Positions 41,177 through 52,311 of a DNA stretch of 64,000 nt are shown one piece after another. The DNA comes from Emticicia sp. GTDB lineage: Bacteria; Bacteroidota; Bacteroidia; Cytophagales; Spirosomataceae. The notes beneath the pieces are model-generated. The model was not told the origin of the DNA. It searched no databases and was given only the letters and a program-made list of their open reading frames with translations. The position numbers and the translations under genes were made by a program. Within the stretch, counting starts at the first letter, position 1. Each line of letters opens with the position of its first letter. The stretch lies in contig NZ_JBMLRC010000020.1 in the NCBI RefSeq assembly GCF_049241225.1, forward strand, positions 7,259-71,258. Direction: 5' to 3'.

Positions 41177-41530
41177 ATGGGAGTTATATCGCTCGAAGGT
41201 CTTGAGTTTTTTGCCTATCATGGATATTATGATGAAGAACAAAAAATAGGAAGTAAGTTTTCTATTGATATTGAAATTACGACCGATTTGAGCCGTGCAG
41301 CACAGGAAGATAAATTGAAGTTTACTGTCAATTACGAAGATGTTTATAAAATAGTAGCCGATGTTATGAAAGAAAAACATCGGCTACTTGAGCATATAGC
41401 TTATAAAATAATTGAAGTTATAAAATTGCAATTTCCTCACATTGAATCAGTTACGGTCAATGTTTCAAAATTCAATCCACCACTTGGAGGCATTTGCCAC
41501 CGTTCGAGGGTGACTATTTCGGTTCCTTAG
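41177..41530 (+). CDS. folB: Dihydroneopterin aldolase
   Basis: [17 protein letters not shown] and SKFNPP. Confidence 0.93.
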   Translation: MGVISLEGLEFFAYHGYYDEEQKIGSKFSIDIEITTDLSRAAQEDKLKFTVNYEDVYKIVADVMKEKHRLLEHIAYKIIEVIKLQFPHIESVTVNVSKFNPPLGGICHRSRVTISVP

Positions 41531-43512
41531 TTGGGTTGAGGGATAGCCAACTTAGAGGGCTTCCACTGGTTATTTCTCGTATTGACATCTGGCAATTTAT
41601 TGTCAGGGTCAATAACGATAGACTCAATTGCAGATTTAGAATCGTGTCTGAAACTCCAAGTGCTACCTCTTTGCCAAATTTCATAAGGTAATTGCACTCG
41701 TTTCTTTGCTCCATTCACTTCTTTGATTTCGAGTGTAACCGGCATTGGCATTTTTTCTAAATTTTCAATCGTAATAACAGAGCCTTTTGTTGCATCTTGC
41801 TGCACATAAGTTACGTCTTTTACTGATTGGTCTATTTTCCAGTCGTTTAGGTACCATCCTTTCCAGAACCATCCTAAATCCTCGCCGGCTGCATCTTCCA
41901 TCGTGCGGAAAAAGTCTAGAGGCGTTGGGTGTTTAAATGCCCAACGGTTTACATATTCTTTAAAAGCATAGTCGAAACGTTTTTCTCCTAATACCAATTC
42001 TCGGAGCATTGTAAGACCGTAGCCGGGCTTCATATAAGCTGCAATGGCTAAATTATTGTCTTGAATAACATCTGGAATATTTGCAATAGGATCACGGTCA
42101 TAATAATAAGGAGTCATCTGACGAACATTTTCAGGGCTGTAATATTCTCCATTATTAAAGTTTTTCGTGGAAAGACTATTGATGAATGTATTAAACCCTT
42201 CATCCATCCAAGCATATTTACGCTCATTGCTACCCACAATCATTGGAAACCAGTTATGACCAAATTCGTGATCAGTTACCCCCCAAAGGCTCTCGTTTTT
42301 ATCTCGATAGTCACAGAATACAATTCCTGGATATTCCATTCCACCAACAACTCCCGCAACATTTACTGCACTTGGATAACTATATTCGTAGACATATTTT
42401 GAATAAAACTCAATCGAGCCTTTTACGTATTCAGATGAACGCCCCCATGCGTCATTTCCATTGCTTTCTTTCGGATAAACCGACTGTGCCAAAGAGGTTT
42501 TGCCACTCGGTAAATTGATTTTGCAAGCATCCCAAATAAAAGCCTTTGAGGTTGCCCAAGCTACATCACGAGCTTGTTTGCACTTAAATTTCCAAGTTAA
42601 TGTGCCGTCAGTACGTGGTCGAGATTTGGCATCATTAACTTCTTCGGCACTTCTGATGATTACGGTTTTATCACTGCTTTTTGCTTGATTCAATCGTTTA
42701 ATCTGTTCGGCTGTTAGTACTTCCGTAGGATTGATTAATTCTCCTGAGCCAACAACAATGTGATTGTATGGTACAGTAATATTATACTCAAAATCACCAT
42801 AATCTAAATAAAATTCACCAGCACCCAGATAAGGTAAGGTGTTCCAGCCTTCGATATCATCATAAACGGCCATTCTTGGATACCACTGGGCAATTTCGTA
42901 AATTATTCCTTCTTGTGTTTCTTGTTTACCCATACGATCTGAGCCATATCGAGGAATTTTAAAAGCATACGAAATTTTTATTTTAACCTCTTCATTAGGA
43001 AGCATTGGTTCTGAGAGGCGAATTTGCATACGCGTATCATCGGTTAGATGTTCGGCATAAACCGAGCGTGTGGTAATTTTTTTCCCAGTTTGAGCATTTT
43101 TTTCAACACTTACAAATTGAACTGTGTATCCTCCATCAAACCCAGTATTTCCAAAGCGTCCACCTGCAATGGTAGTTGTTTTTCCCCCTCTTGAATCATT
43201 ACTAAATTGATTTTGGTCGAGTTGGAGCCATAAAAAGGGTAATTTGTCTGGACTATTATTTTTGTAGGTAATTTCAACATCACCTGATAATGAATTGGCT
43301 TCCTCATCTAATTTAATATTTATCTTGTAATCAGCCTTATTTTGCCAATACATTGGGCCCGGTGCTCCAGTTCCACTCCGATAGGCCGTTCCTGGCATAA
43401 AGTTGAATAGTGGATTAAAGGCTTCGCGATGGTCATATTTAGAAATCGTTTGAGCTTCAACTTGACGGGCTACTGCTAAAGCACAAACCAATAAAATTTT
43501 ACTGATTTTCAT
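41527..43512 (-). CDS. Exported M1 family metallopeptidase
   Basis: GGMEYP and HEFGHNWF...WMDEG. Confidence 0.92.
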   Translation of the reverse strand: MKISKILLVCALAVARQVEAQTISKYDHREAFNPLFNFMPGTAYRSGTGAPGPMYWQNKADYKINIKLDEEANSLSGDVEITYKNNSPDKLPFLWLQLDQNQFSNDSRGGKTTTIAGGRFGNTGFDGGYTVQFVSVEKNAQTGKKITTRSVYAEHLTDDTRMQIRLSEPMLPNEEVKIKISYAFKIPRYGSDRMGKQETQEGIIYEIAQWYPRMAVYDDIEGWNTLPYLGAGEFYLDYGDFEYNITVPYNHIVVGSGELINPTEVLTAEQIKRLNQAKSSDKTVIIRSAEEVNDAKSRPRTDGTLTWKFKCKQARDVAWATSKAFIWDACKINLPSGKTSLAQSVYPKESNGNDAWGRSSEYVKGSIEFYSKYVYEYSYPSAVNVAGVVGGMEYPGIVFCDYRDKNESLWGVTDHEFGHNWFPMIVGSNERKYAWMDEGFNTFINSLSTKNFNNGEYYSPENVRQMTPYYYDRDPIANIPDVIQDNNLAIAAYMKPGYGLTMLRELVLGEKRFDYAFKEYVNRWAFKHPTPLDFFRTMEDAAGEDLGWFWKGWYLNDWKIDQSVKDVTYVQQDATKGSVITIENLEKMPMPVTLEIKEVNGAKKRVQLPYEIWQRGSTWSFRHDSKSAIESIVIDPDNKLPDVNTRNNQWKPSKLAIPQPN

Positions 43513-43898
43513 GAATTTTAATATTGATTTAAATGTAAGTTAAATATAAGCGTGCATTATCTGTGTAACTGCCCTTTCTAAACGGCAAATTACCGAATTT
43601 CGTTTTAAAGAGATCGATTATTTTTATATTTGTTTGGTACTGCCAAATTGTAAATAGTAGTTCTGATAAGATTATTATTGAAAATTAGATGATGCCATTG
43701 TTATAAAAAATTACTGCTGGTGGTACAGTTCTTTTATGATAGTCGATACTCAGACAATAAATTTTATGCGATTTTAGCTTGTCAAAAGGTATTTTTTTCA
43801 TAAATTGGCACAAAATTTTAATATATACTATTTCTGTAAACTTAATTTAGAACCTGATTGGAGTATTTTTCAAACAGAAATCTTAACAATTAACCAAA

Positions 43899-45383
43899 AT
43901 GAAATCTAAACTAATTTCCGTGCTAACTTTAGCAATTCTATTACCTTTTGTAGGGATTGCCCAGCTACGTGACTTACGATGTGACATACTTCCTTACTCA
44001 GTGTTTAAAGGAGCGTCAAAAAAGAAGCCAGTTGAGCTTAAAGTTCTTGGCACAAGCCCACAATTTGGAGAAATACCTGAGCATACAGGTGTTTCAGCTT
44101 ACGAACACATGAAAGCAATTTACAGCCAAAATACTAAAAATAGTAGAGTTGAAATTGACAAATTGTTTAAGGCATTAGGTTATAAAGGGTTCTCCGATCC
44201 TGCTATTTCAAGTAGCACTTTTATCCCTGAAATTATTCCTGCAGGTACTTATGGTTGGATGGGAGCTTACGCTCGTGGTCATAAATATGCTTGGTCGGTA
44301 TTAGGAAACGAATTTCCGACATTTAAAGTCTATGCAAAAGGAAGCCAATGTTTTATCTATATCATGAAAAAATGTGGTAATGCATTCTACGTGCCATCTA
44401 AATATCCTGTTCCAGTTTCATCTTATGTTCCTCCAGTGACTACTCCAGTTGTGGTTACACCTGTGATGGTTTGTAAAACACAAACAATCAATATTACAGG
44501 AAGTGGCCAAGTAAGTAGTGGTGATGTTATGACAACAAGCAAAACTATGGAAATTGTTGCAGTAAATACTGCCTCAGGTAGTACGAAAGGTTTACTTTTG
44601 GGCTCTTATCCAGTTTCAGTTCGTTCTACTTATGATTTCAATGTGAAAGGAGAAACACAGTTCTCAAAAACTGTTGAAGTTTGTACGGAAGGCAATTCAG
44701 CTCCTGCAGCAATGAATTTATCTTTACCGATGAATTTGAATTATAAAATCACTAAAAATGATGTTTTAGTAGGTGATGGTGAAAAACTATATTTGAATGT
44801 AACTGAAGATCAATTCAAAGCTTTAAGTAAAGCATATAAAGCCGTTAACGTAACAACTACGGCTGCTCCAAATCTCGAAGTGGCTTCAAAGAAAGTAACT
44901 TCAAGTACTGCCACAGAGAGTGCTTCTACTTCATTTGGTGGAGGTGAAACTAAATGTGCTGACCAAAAAATTAATTTCTTAGGAAAAACTGAAATTAAAG
45001 ATGGTAGTGTGAAAAGTGCCACTAATGATGTTACGATTATTGGTGTATACAAAAAGACTGGTAAACTTGATAAAGGTGAAACACCAGAGAAGTATCTTTG
45101 TCTTGGAAGTTTCCAAGTACCTGTAAAGTCAGCTTATGAATTTACAACTTCTGGTGGTAGTGATCTGTCAAAAATCCTTAGTGTTTGTACTAAAGATGGT
45201 GTAGCACCAGCTGACCAAAATATCAATGTTCCTGTTAAAATGACATATAATTTCACAAAACAAGATGTAAGTCTTGGTGATTATAACAAATTGTATGTTT
45301 CTCTTACTGAAAAGCAGTATAAAGCTTTAAGCAAAAACTACAACCGTTGTTGCACAGAAGGTGGCGAAGGTAAATGTAAATAA
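43899..45383 (+). CDS. Secreted hypothetical protein with a tandem duplicated ~125-aa beta-rich domain
   Basis: Signal peptide, repeats at about aa 191-313 and 352-481, 11 Cys. Terminator at about 45407-45440. Confidence 0.85.
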   Translation: MKSKLISVLTLAILLPFVGIAQLRDLRCDILPYSVFKGASKKKPVELKVLGTSPQFGEIPEHTGVSAYEHMKAIYSQNTKNSRVEIDKLFKALGYKGFSDPAISSSTFIPEIIPAGTYGWMGAYARGHKYAWSVLGNEFPTFKVYAKGSQCFIYIMKKCGNAFYVPSKYPVPVSSYVPPVTTPVVVTPVMVCKTQTINITGSGQVSSGDVMTTSKTMEIVAVNTASGSTKGLLLGSYPVSVRSTYDFNVKGETQFSKTVEVCTEGNSAPAAMNLSLPMNLNYKITKNDVLVGDGEKLYLNVTEDQFKALSKAYKAVNVTTTAAPNLEVASKKVTSSTATESASTSFGGGETKCADQKINFLGKTEIKDGSVKSATNDVTIIGVYKKTGKLDKGETPEKYLCLGSFQVPVKSAYEFTTSGGSDLSKILSVCTKDGVAPADQNINVPVKMTYNFTKQDVSLGDYNKLYVSLTEKQYKALSKNYNRCCTEGGEGKCK

Positions 45384-45759
45384 TACATAAGTTTAAGTAT
45401 AGAAGGAAGCCCTATTCATATTATGAGTAGGGCTTTTTTATTTTTAACAACGGCAAGTTTCAGAACCTTTTCATCGTTGATTTTGAGCAACCGCAATAGA
45501 AGTCTAATTTGTTTTTTTTACTTAATAACCAAAACCATTAAGTGAAAAATACAATTATTGATTATTGCGTGGAAGTTGATGAGAACAAAAACAAGTTTAA
45601 AATAGCAGAAATAATCTGTTTAAATTGCAAATAGATCGTTTTTGAATATTCAGTAATATCGTCAAGTTTCAAAACCTTACCGAAGTAGTTTTGACCAGCA
45701 CATAAAAAAGCCCCACTTCGATTACCGAAGTGAGGCGGGTACTTGTTTATTTGGAGTTT

Positions 45760-47022
45760 TTAGGTCTTTAATTTTTTCTTCTTTGCCGCGGGGAATAGTA
45801 CATTATTTAATATCAAACGATAGCCTGCCGAATTTGGATGAAGATTCAAGTCAGTTGGCTCTTCACCTACATAGTGTTGATAATCTTCTGGGTCGTGGCC
45901 ACCATAAAATGTCCAGAAGCCCTTGCCGGCGGTTCCGTGAATGTATCGAGCTTCACCAATCGAGCGATTCTCGGCAAGTGTAATTACATCTGGTCTGATG
46001 TATTGTTTCTTGAAAGCCGTTGTTTGTCCCATGAAACCCTTAATCAAATTTGCGTGGTTTTGTGTAAGCATAGTTGGAATTGGGTCCCATTTTGCTGAAA
46101 ATTGAAACAATGAAAAATAATCATTATTTTCGGTTACGCCACGCTCTTCTTGCTGATTATCAATGCTCGAAAACTCCATTTCATAAGGATTTGTAATCAA
46201 TCTGAAGTCTTTGAAAGCAAAGCAATTATCATATTTTAATTTACTTTCAGCATTAGGGTCAGCTCCATCTCCATCGTAAGGGGCTTCCACAATGTCAATT
46301 CCATCGGCTGCCAGTGCAATATCAAAAGTATCGGTTGCATTACACATCGCAAACATATACCCACCACCGAAAACAAAATCTCTGATTTTTCTTGAAACGC
46401 CTAATTTCAAATCTGGGATTTTTGTATAGCCAAACTTCTTGGCAATCATTTCAGCTTCCTGTTTTTGCTCCTGATACCAAGCTTGGCCACGCATACGAAG
46501 GAATTTTCCGAACTGTCCTGTAAAATCCTCGTGGTGAAGGTGGAGCCAATCGTATTCTGGCAGTTTATTTTCTAAGACTTCCTCATCGAATATTTTATCG
46601 TACGGAATCTCAGCATAGGTAAGAACAAGCGTAACTGCATCGTCCCACGGTTGGGTGGTTTTTGGAGAATAAACGGCAATTTTTGGAGCCTTATTCAACT
46701 TTACGGCGTCCATATTGGCATCATTTGAGGCAATTACATTCAAGATTGATTGTGACTCTGCCTCTGAGATTACCTCATAACTCACACCACGAATCACACA
46801 TTCGTTGATAAATGTTTGCGATGCCGTGAATAAAAAACTACCACCTTTATAATTGAGTAGCCATTCTACTTCAGTTCCGTGTGTTTTCAATAACCAAAAA
46901 GCTATTCCATAGGCTTTTAGGTGGTTTCGCTGGGTTTCGTCCATCGGAATCAGAATGCGGTTAGCAAAAAGATTTGATGATAACGAAAAAGTCAACAGCA
47001 CAAGTAGTGTTAGTTTTTTCAT
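45760..47022 (-). CDS. Exported protein, possible class I glutamine-amidotransferase-like fold
   Basis: Signal peptide, HLKAYG, WLHLHHEDFTGQ, GGYMFAMC, GGHDPEDY and GYRLILNN. Confidence 0.75.
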   Translation of the reverse strand: MKKLTLLVLLTFSLSSNLFANRILIPMDETQRNHLKAYGIAFWLLKTHGTEVEWLLNYKGGSFLFTASQTFINECVIRGVSYEVISEAESQSILNVIASNDANMDAVKLNKAPKIAVYSPKTTQPWDDAVTLVLTYAEIPYDKIFDEEVLENKLPEYDWLHLHHEDFTGQFGKFLRMRGQAWYQEQKQEAEMIAKKFGYTKIPDLKLGVSRKIRDFVFGGGYMFAMCNATDTFDIALAADGIDIVEAPYDGDGADPNAESKLKYDNCFAFKDFRLITNPYEMEFSSIDNQQEERGVTENNDYFSLFQFSAKWDPIPTMLTQNHANLIKGFMGQTTAFKKQYIRPDVITLAENRSIGEARYIHGTAGKGFWTFYGGHDPEDYQHYVGEEPTDLNLHPNSAGYRLILNNVLFPAAKKKKLKT

Positions 47023-47291
47023 TATTTTCTATTAAAATTATGTATTCAAATGTAGCAATCTTTATACCAATTATCAACGAAATCGCTTTTTGATTATTAG
47101 TTGCCAATCAATGATTTTTTGTACTTACATTTAAAATTACAATCATTTTAACTGAAAAAGAACTGATTAGGTTTAAAAAAGTGATAAGCGGTTGAATCGA
47201 CTATCTTAATCGTTTGTGCTTTTGAAAACTCTTCGTGAATTTTGTATCATTGAAATGCAGGTACAATTTGTACAAAATCTGAAAGAAAAAC

Positions 47292-48536
47292 ATGAATTTA
47301 AAAGAAAATGTCAGCGAAGGATTACGCTCTATCAAAGGAAATATGTTGCGTACTGTCCTTACTGCCTTGATTATAGCCATTGGTATAACCTCTTTGGTGG
47401 GTATCCTAACTGCCATTGATGGTATGCAAAGTTCGGTAGATAATAGTTTTGCGGGGCTTGGAGCAAATTCATTTGATATAAAAGGCCCAAGAATGTTTCG
47501 TCGGAGAAGTGGCGGAGTAAATGACAAGGATTATCCACCGATTGAGTATAGAGAAGCCAAACAATATAAACAACTTTTCCAGAAGAATAACTCGGGTGCA
47601 ACAGTGAGTATTTTCACGAGCGTAACAGGTTCTGCACAGTTGAAATACAAATCAGTAAAGACCAATCCGAATAGTTTAGTTCGTGGAATTGATACTGATT
47701 ACCTTGATATGAAAGGATATAAACTAGCATCAGGGCGAAATATCAGTGAAAATGACATAAATTTTACGAATAATGTAGTGATTCTAGCCAATGAATTGGC
47801 CGTAACACTTTTTCCAAAGGAAAGTCCGATTGATAAAGAAATTTCATTGTTAGGTTTAAGATTCAAAGTAATTGGGGTCTTGGAAAAGAAAGGTAGTATC
47901 ACCGGTGGAGGTGATGACCGTGTGGCATTGGTTCCACTTGAAACGGGCCGACAAATTGCAGGAAATAGAAAACTTACATTTGATATTACGACTTCTGTAA
48001 AGAATGTTTCGGATATGGACTATATCATTGGAGAAGCTGAGGCAGTTATGCGTAGGGTTAGGAAAGATGCAATTGGACAAGCAAAGTCTTTTGAGATTGA
48101 ACGCTCAGATGCACTTGCCAAAGATTTTGAGGAAGTTACGGGCTATTTGAGAGTGGGCGGATTCGGCATTGGAATTATTACACTTTTAGGGGCCGCAATT
48201 GCACTGATGAATATCATGATGGTTTCCGTGACCGAACGAACACGTGAGATTGGTATAAGAAAAGCAATTGGTGCTACACCATTTAAGATTCGATTACAGT
48301 TTCTGATGGAAGCCATCGTTATATGTATCTTAGGCGGTATTGCTGGAATTATACTCGGAATCGGAATCGGAAATGTGATTGCAAAAGTGATTAGCGATAA
48401 AAGTAGTTTTATAATTCCTTGGGCTTGGATAATGATGGGCTTTGTGGTTTGTGTTTTGGTGGGAATTATCTCTGGATTTTACCCAGCTTACAAAGCTTCT
48501 AAGCTCGACCCAATCGAATCGCTTCGATATGAATAA
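47292..48536 (+). CDS. MacB/FtsX-type ABC transporter permease
   Basis: [31 protein letters not shown] and [17 protein letters not shown]. Terminator at 48555-48591. Confidence 0.93.
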   Translation: MNLKENVSEGLRSIKGNMLRTVLTALIIAIGITSLVGILTAIDGMQSSVDNSFAGLGANSFDIKGPRMFRRRSGGVNDKDYPPIEYREAKQYKQLFQKNNSGATVSIFTSVTGSAQLKYKSVKTNPNSLVRGIDTDYLDMKGYKLASGRNISENDINFTNNVVILANELAVTLFPKESPIDKEISLLGLRFKVIGVLEKKGSITGGGDDRVALVPLETGRQIAGNRKLTFDITTSVKNVSDMDYIIGEAEAVMRRVRKDAIGQAKSFEIERSDALAKDFEEVTGYLRVGGFGIGIITLLGAAIALMNIMMVSVTERTREIGIRKAIGATPFKIRLQFLMEAIVICILGGIAGIILGIGIGNVIAKVISDKSSFIIPWAWIMMGFVVCVLVGIISGFYPAYKASKLDPIESLRYE

Positions 48537-48700
48537 TTGATATAATTTTGATAGAAAAAGCCTCATAATGATTGAATTATGAGGCTTTTTTGTTGAGGCT
48601 TAAGTCTAAAAATTATTGAACGGATACATTTGGCATAATGTTTGGAATACTCTATCTGAATATCTAAAATGTTTTGGGTAGATTATTTTAATTTTTTGCT

Positions 48701-49912
48701 ATGAGAATAAGTGTATTTGTAGGATTGATATTTAGTTTTTTTACTTCTTATTTCGATAGTTTGGCTCAAAAAGAGCATATCGAAGAACCTGTTGCTCCGA
48801 AAAGAGAAAGCATCGGACTTTTCTTTTATGATGGAATGGCCAAGGTGAATATTGGTGGTAAATACGGTTTTATCAACCGACAAGGTATTTTGCAGATTCC
48901 TTGTCAATACGATATGGTTTCTGACTTCAAAGATGGCTTGGCCATTGTAACTGAGAATAATCGTCATAGTTTTATTCGTTTAGATGGTTCGTTACTTACC
49001 CCATTGATTTTCGATAAGTGCGAGCCATTTTATAATGGTTTTGCTATGGTGAGTTTTCAGAATAAGTATGGTTTTATAGATAAGAATGGACGTATTGTTG
49101 TTTATCCACGCCATGACTTCGCAATGGGATTTAGTGAAGGATTAGGTTTAGTAGGAAAAGACGGACACAACGGATACATTGATGCCAAAGGAAAATTAGT
49201 AATTGATTATCAGTTTGAGTTTTCGTTGCCTTTCTCGGAAGAATATGCCGTGTTTATGAAAAATGGCAAATTTGGGTATATCAATAAAAAAGGTAAAGTT
49301 GTGATAGAGCCAAAATATGAATTAGCAAGTTCATTTCATGAGGGTGTGGCTTCGGTGAGGTTAGATAATAGGGCAGGAGTGATTGATAAAAAAGGAAATT
49401 TTGTGGTGAAGCCTACTTATCAGACCGTTCGTAGTTTTAAGGAGGGAGTTGCGGTAGTGATGCGTAATAATAAATTTGGGGTTATTGACCACCAAGGAAA
49501 AGAGGTCATTTCGCCACGGTATGATTTATTGGATGACTTTGAAGATGGAATTGCCGTTTTCAAAATCAATAAAAAATATGGTTTTGTGAATCGACTGGGA
49601 TATGAGTTTATTCCAGCAACGTTCGATAAAGCATCTGCTTTTGACCAAGGCATGGCGGCAGTAAAACTAAATGATAATTTTCACTATATAGATTTAGAGG
49701 GTAGAATTGTGTATACATCGCCACTCGACCCTAAATATGATGAAGAGAGTAATATAGTAATTGCTAAACTCGATAAGAAAAAAGGTTACATTGATGGTAA
49801 AGAGAAAATCTTAGTAAGTCTCGATGATTCGTTTACGCCTGCTCGTGTGGTTTTGTTGATTAATAGTAACGAATACGTAATTAGTAGTGCAGGCACACTG
49901 ACTTCAAAATAA
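48701..49912 (+). CDS. WG-repeat protein
   Basis: About 8 repeats of F.EG.A.V....K.GFI...G. Confidence 0.9.
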   Translation: MRISVFVGLIFSFFTSYFDSLAQKEHIEEPVAPKRESIGLFFYDGMAKVNIGGKYGFINRQGILQIPCQYDMVSDFKDGLAIVTENNRHSFIRLDGSLLTPLIFDKCEPFYNGFAMVSFQNKYGFIDKNGRIVVYPRHDFAMGFSEGLGLVGKDGHNGYIDAKGKLVIDYQFEFSLPFSEEYAVFMKNGKFGYINKKGKVVIEPKYELASSFHEGVASVRLDNRAGVIDKKGNFVVKPTYQTVRSFKEGVAVVMRNNKFGVIDHQGKEVISPRYDLLDDFEDGIAVFKINKKYGFVNRLGYEFIPATFDKASAFDQGMAAVKLNDNFHYIDLEGRIVYTSPLDPKYDEESNIVIAKLDKKKGYIDGKEKILVSLDDSFTPARVVLLINSNEYVISSAGTLTSK

Positions 49913-49935
49913 TTTAGTGGCTGTCTGTCCCAAAA

Positions 49936-50973
49936 TTATTTTAGAGAATTTCTTAAAAATCTCAGAATTACTATATGATACCTAAATGCTTTGTCTAATT
50001 CCTCTGGATACCAAACGAAATTATCTAAAATAATAAGACTCGTATGAGTTTTTGGAAAATAGAAATTCATCGAGATAAAGCCTGGTGTATACCCCGTTTG
50101 CCCGAGTTGTAATAATCCTTCTTTATCATCAACCGTAATGCCGTAACCATATTCGGTTCTGCCAAATAAAGGATGTTGGCGAACCGCCCCTAGTTGTTTG
50201 GTTTTCATCATTTCAAAAGTAGCGGGTTTAAATAGCTTCCCAGAGTATAACCATTCATTCCATTTGACTAAATCATCGACAGTAGAAATAAATCCACCTG
50301 CTGCTGGATAATTTTCAAATGTTGCTGTTTCAAATATTAATTTTCCATTTTCTTGCTCTGTATAACCTTTAACTAAATTATTGTATTTTTTTAAGTCTGG
50401 GTGAAAAGTGTTGTTCATTCCACAACTCTTGAATAATTCATTGGCAAGGATAGCAAATGATTTTTTATTAACGCTTTCAAGAATTTGTGCCATTAAATCA
50501 TAACCAATTTGAGAATAGGCATACTGTGTGCCTGCTTTAAAAGCAAGTGGTTTATTTAATGATACAATACCGTGAGTATGTGTTAAAAGTTGATGAGTTG
50601 TTACCGTGTCGGCCCAAGAAAGCTTTAGATTTGGCAAATATTCTCGGATTGGTCTATTGAGACTAAGCTTCCCTTCATCATAAGCACGCAATATTAGTGC
50701 GGCAGTAAATTGCTTACTAATTGAGCCAATTACAAATTGGTCGTTTCTTTTAAGAGGCGTTTTCTTTTCTTTATCGGCAAATCCATTAATTGCTAAATAT
50801 TGTACTTTTCCGTGTTTGGTGATAGCAATGATTCCGCTAAATGCTTTCGTGGTTTTTGCATTTATCAAAGAATCAATCTGTTTTGATAATACCTTATTTA
50901 CTTGTCCAAGCGAATGTTGGAATGCTAAAATACATAATAGTATAGAGCAAAGAAGTGTTTTTTTTAGTAACAT
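49936..50973 (-). CDS. Serine hydrolase (beta-lactamase class C/PBP-like)
   Basis: Signal peptide, SxxK (GSISKQF) and LLTHT. YSQ and QTG replace the usual YxN and HTG. Confidence 0.85.
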   Translation of the reverse strand: MLLKKTLLCSILLCILAFQHSLGQVNKVLSKQIDSLINAKTTKAFSGIIAITKHGKVQYLAINGFADKEKKTPLKRNDQFVIGSISKQFTAALILRAYDEGKLSLNRPIREYLPNLKLSWADTVTTHQLLTHTHGIVSLNKPLAFKAGTQYAYSQIGYDLMAQILESVNKKSFAILANELFKSCGMNNTFHPDLKKYNNLVKGYTEQENGKLIFETATFENYPAAGGFISTVDDLVKWNEWLYSGKLFKPATFEMMKTKQLGAVRQHPLFGRTEYGYGITVDDKEGLLQLGQTGYTPGFISMNFYFPKTHTSLIILDNFVWYPEELDKAFRYHIVILRFLRNSLK

Positions 50974-51022
50974 TTTATACTGTTGTAGTACAAGTTTTCA
51001 GCTTGCGAATTTAGAAAATAAG

Positions 51023-51358
51023 TTAATCAGCAAAAGTTAAAGTTTCTGGAGTGGGGTAGGTAATCAATTTTGAGAAGTCAACTTTCCAAAAATCCAAATC
51101 AAGTAGCTGATTATTCACACATTGCGTGAGGGTAATTACGACCTCCGTACCATCTGAATCTACATATTTTGCTTGAATGAGGTCATCTTTATAGGGAGAA
51201 ATATCAGGATTTCCCATGCTTATACTACCCATTTTTCCACCTTCATACTCTTCTACGTCTTCATTGATTGGGTATTGTTTTGTATTTGACCCCAATTTTT
51301 CCAATAAAAATATGATTAAATGACGTTCGTTTTCTCTGATTTTTCTACGGTTTTCCAT
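51023..51358 (-). CDS. Hypothetical protein (DUF6984-like)
   Basis: GKMGSI, DSDGTEV.ITL and LDLDFWKVDFSKL. Confidence 0.65.
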   Translation of the reverse strand: MENRRKIRENERHLIIFLLEKLGSNTKQYPINEDVEEYEGGKMGSISMGNPDISPYKDDLIQAKYVDSDGTEVVITLTQCVNNQLLDLDFWKVDFSKLITYPTPETLTFAD

Positions 51359-51469
51359 TGAATTTTTAATATTTTTCTTCAAAATTAAAGAAATTATGCT
51401 TCATAAATCAAAAAAAGAGCAGATAACCGTAAAATTATCTGCCCTGAGAATTGAATATTTGAAATCAAC

Positions 51470-52195
51470 TTACTCCTTAATCACGAAATCTGAATCCTTG
51501 AGACCCTTATTTACTTTTACAGATTGTACTTCCGAAGTAATTTCGCCCATTTGTCCTGCACTTCTTTTGGTTTGAGAAGGTAGCATTACATCAACTCCTT
51601 TGAATTTTTTATAGTTTAAATAAAAAACATTGTTTTCAAACTTACCTCTTGGAGTTTCGTTTACTGAATATGTTTTTACTTTCAAACCAGACTCAACATC
51701 ATAGAAATCATTCCATTTTTTTCCGTCACTCGTGGTAAGTTCAAGTTTGTAAGCATCTTTGTCGCCAACTTTTTCTTTGCCAACAACAGTGCGAGTGATT
51801 CCCATTTTATCGTAGAGTGTTTCTGAAAATGGATTGCTTCTCATTGCTGCCATTTGTGCTTCTTTACCTTCCATCGGTGGGCGGCCACCTCCGCCTCCGA
51901 AGCTACTATTATTTTTTAGTTTATTTCCATCGTATATTGTACTCATAACTTCGTTTCCATTTGCATAAACCGACATTGCGTAACGGTCAGGAAATTTAAA
52001 TTTCATTTCGGTTTCTGATGTACCTCTTTGAGTTTCGCTTGTACTGCTGATGGTTAAATCTTGAATTTTAGCGATTGCCTCTTTGCCACCGATGGCCGTT
52101 AAATATTTTTCTATGATAGCATCGGCACTTGGTGTATCTTGTGCAAAAGTGCCGAATGTGATGAAAGAAAAAGCAGTTACAATTAGTTTTTTCAT
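51470..52195 (-). CDS. Exported hypothetical protein, possibly LolA-like
   Basis: Signal peptide, IIEKYLTAIGG, FYDVESGL and KVNKGLKDSDF. Confidence 0.7.
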   Translation of the reverse strand: MKKLIVTAFSFITFGTFAQDTPSADAIIEKYLTAIGGKEAIAKIQDLTISSTSETQRGTSETEMKFKFPDRYAMSVYANGNEVMSTIYDGNKLKNNSSFGGGGGRPPMEGKEAQMAAMRSNPFSETLYDKMGITRTVVGKEKVGDKDAYKLELTTSDGKKWNDFYDVESGLKVKTYSVNETPRGKFENNVFYLNYKKFKGVDVMLPSQTKRSAGQMGEITSEVQSVKVNKGLKDSDFVIKE

Positions 52196-52311
52196 TATTT
52201 TTTAATTTTGATTGAATTTGATGTTTAGACAAACAATTTACTCAAATGTAAAGTTTTTATTTTAATGTGCATACAAAAAAAGGATAGAAATAGATAAAAA
52301 ACTGATAAATA

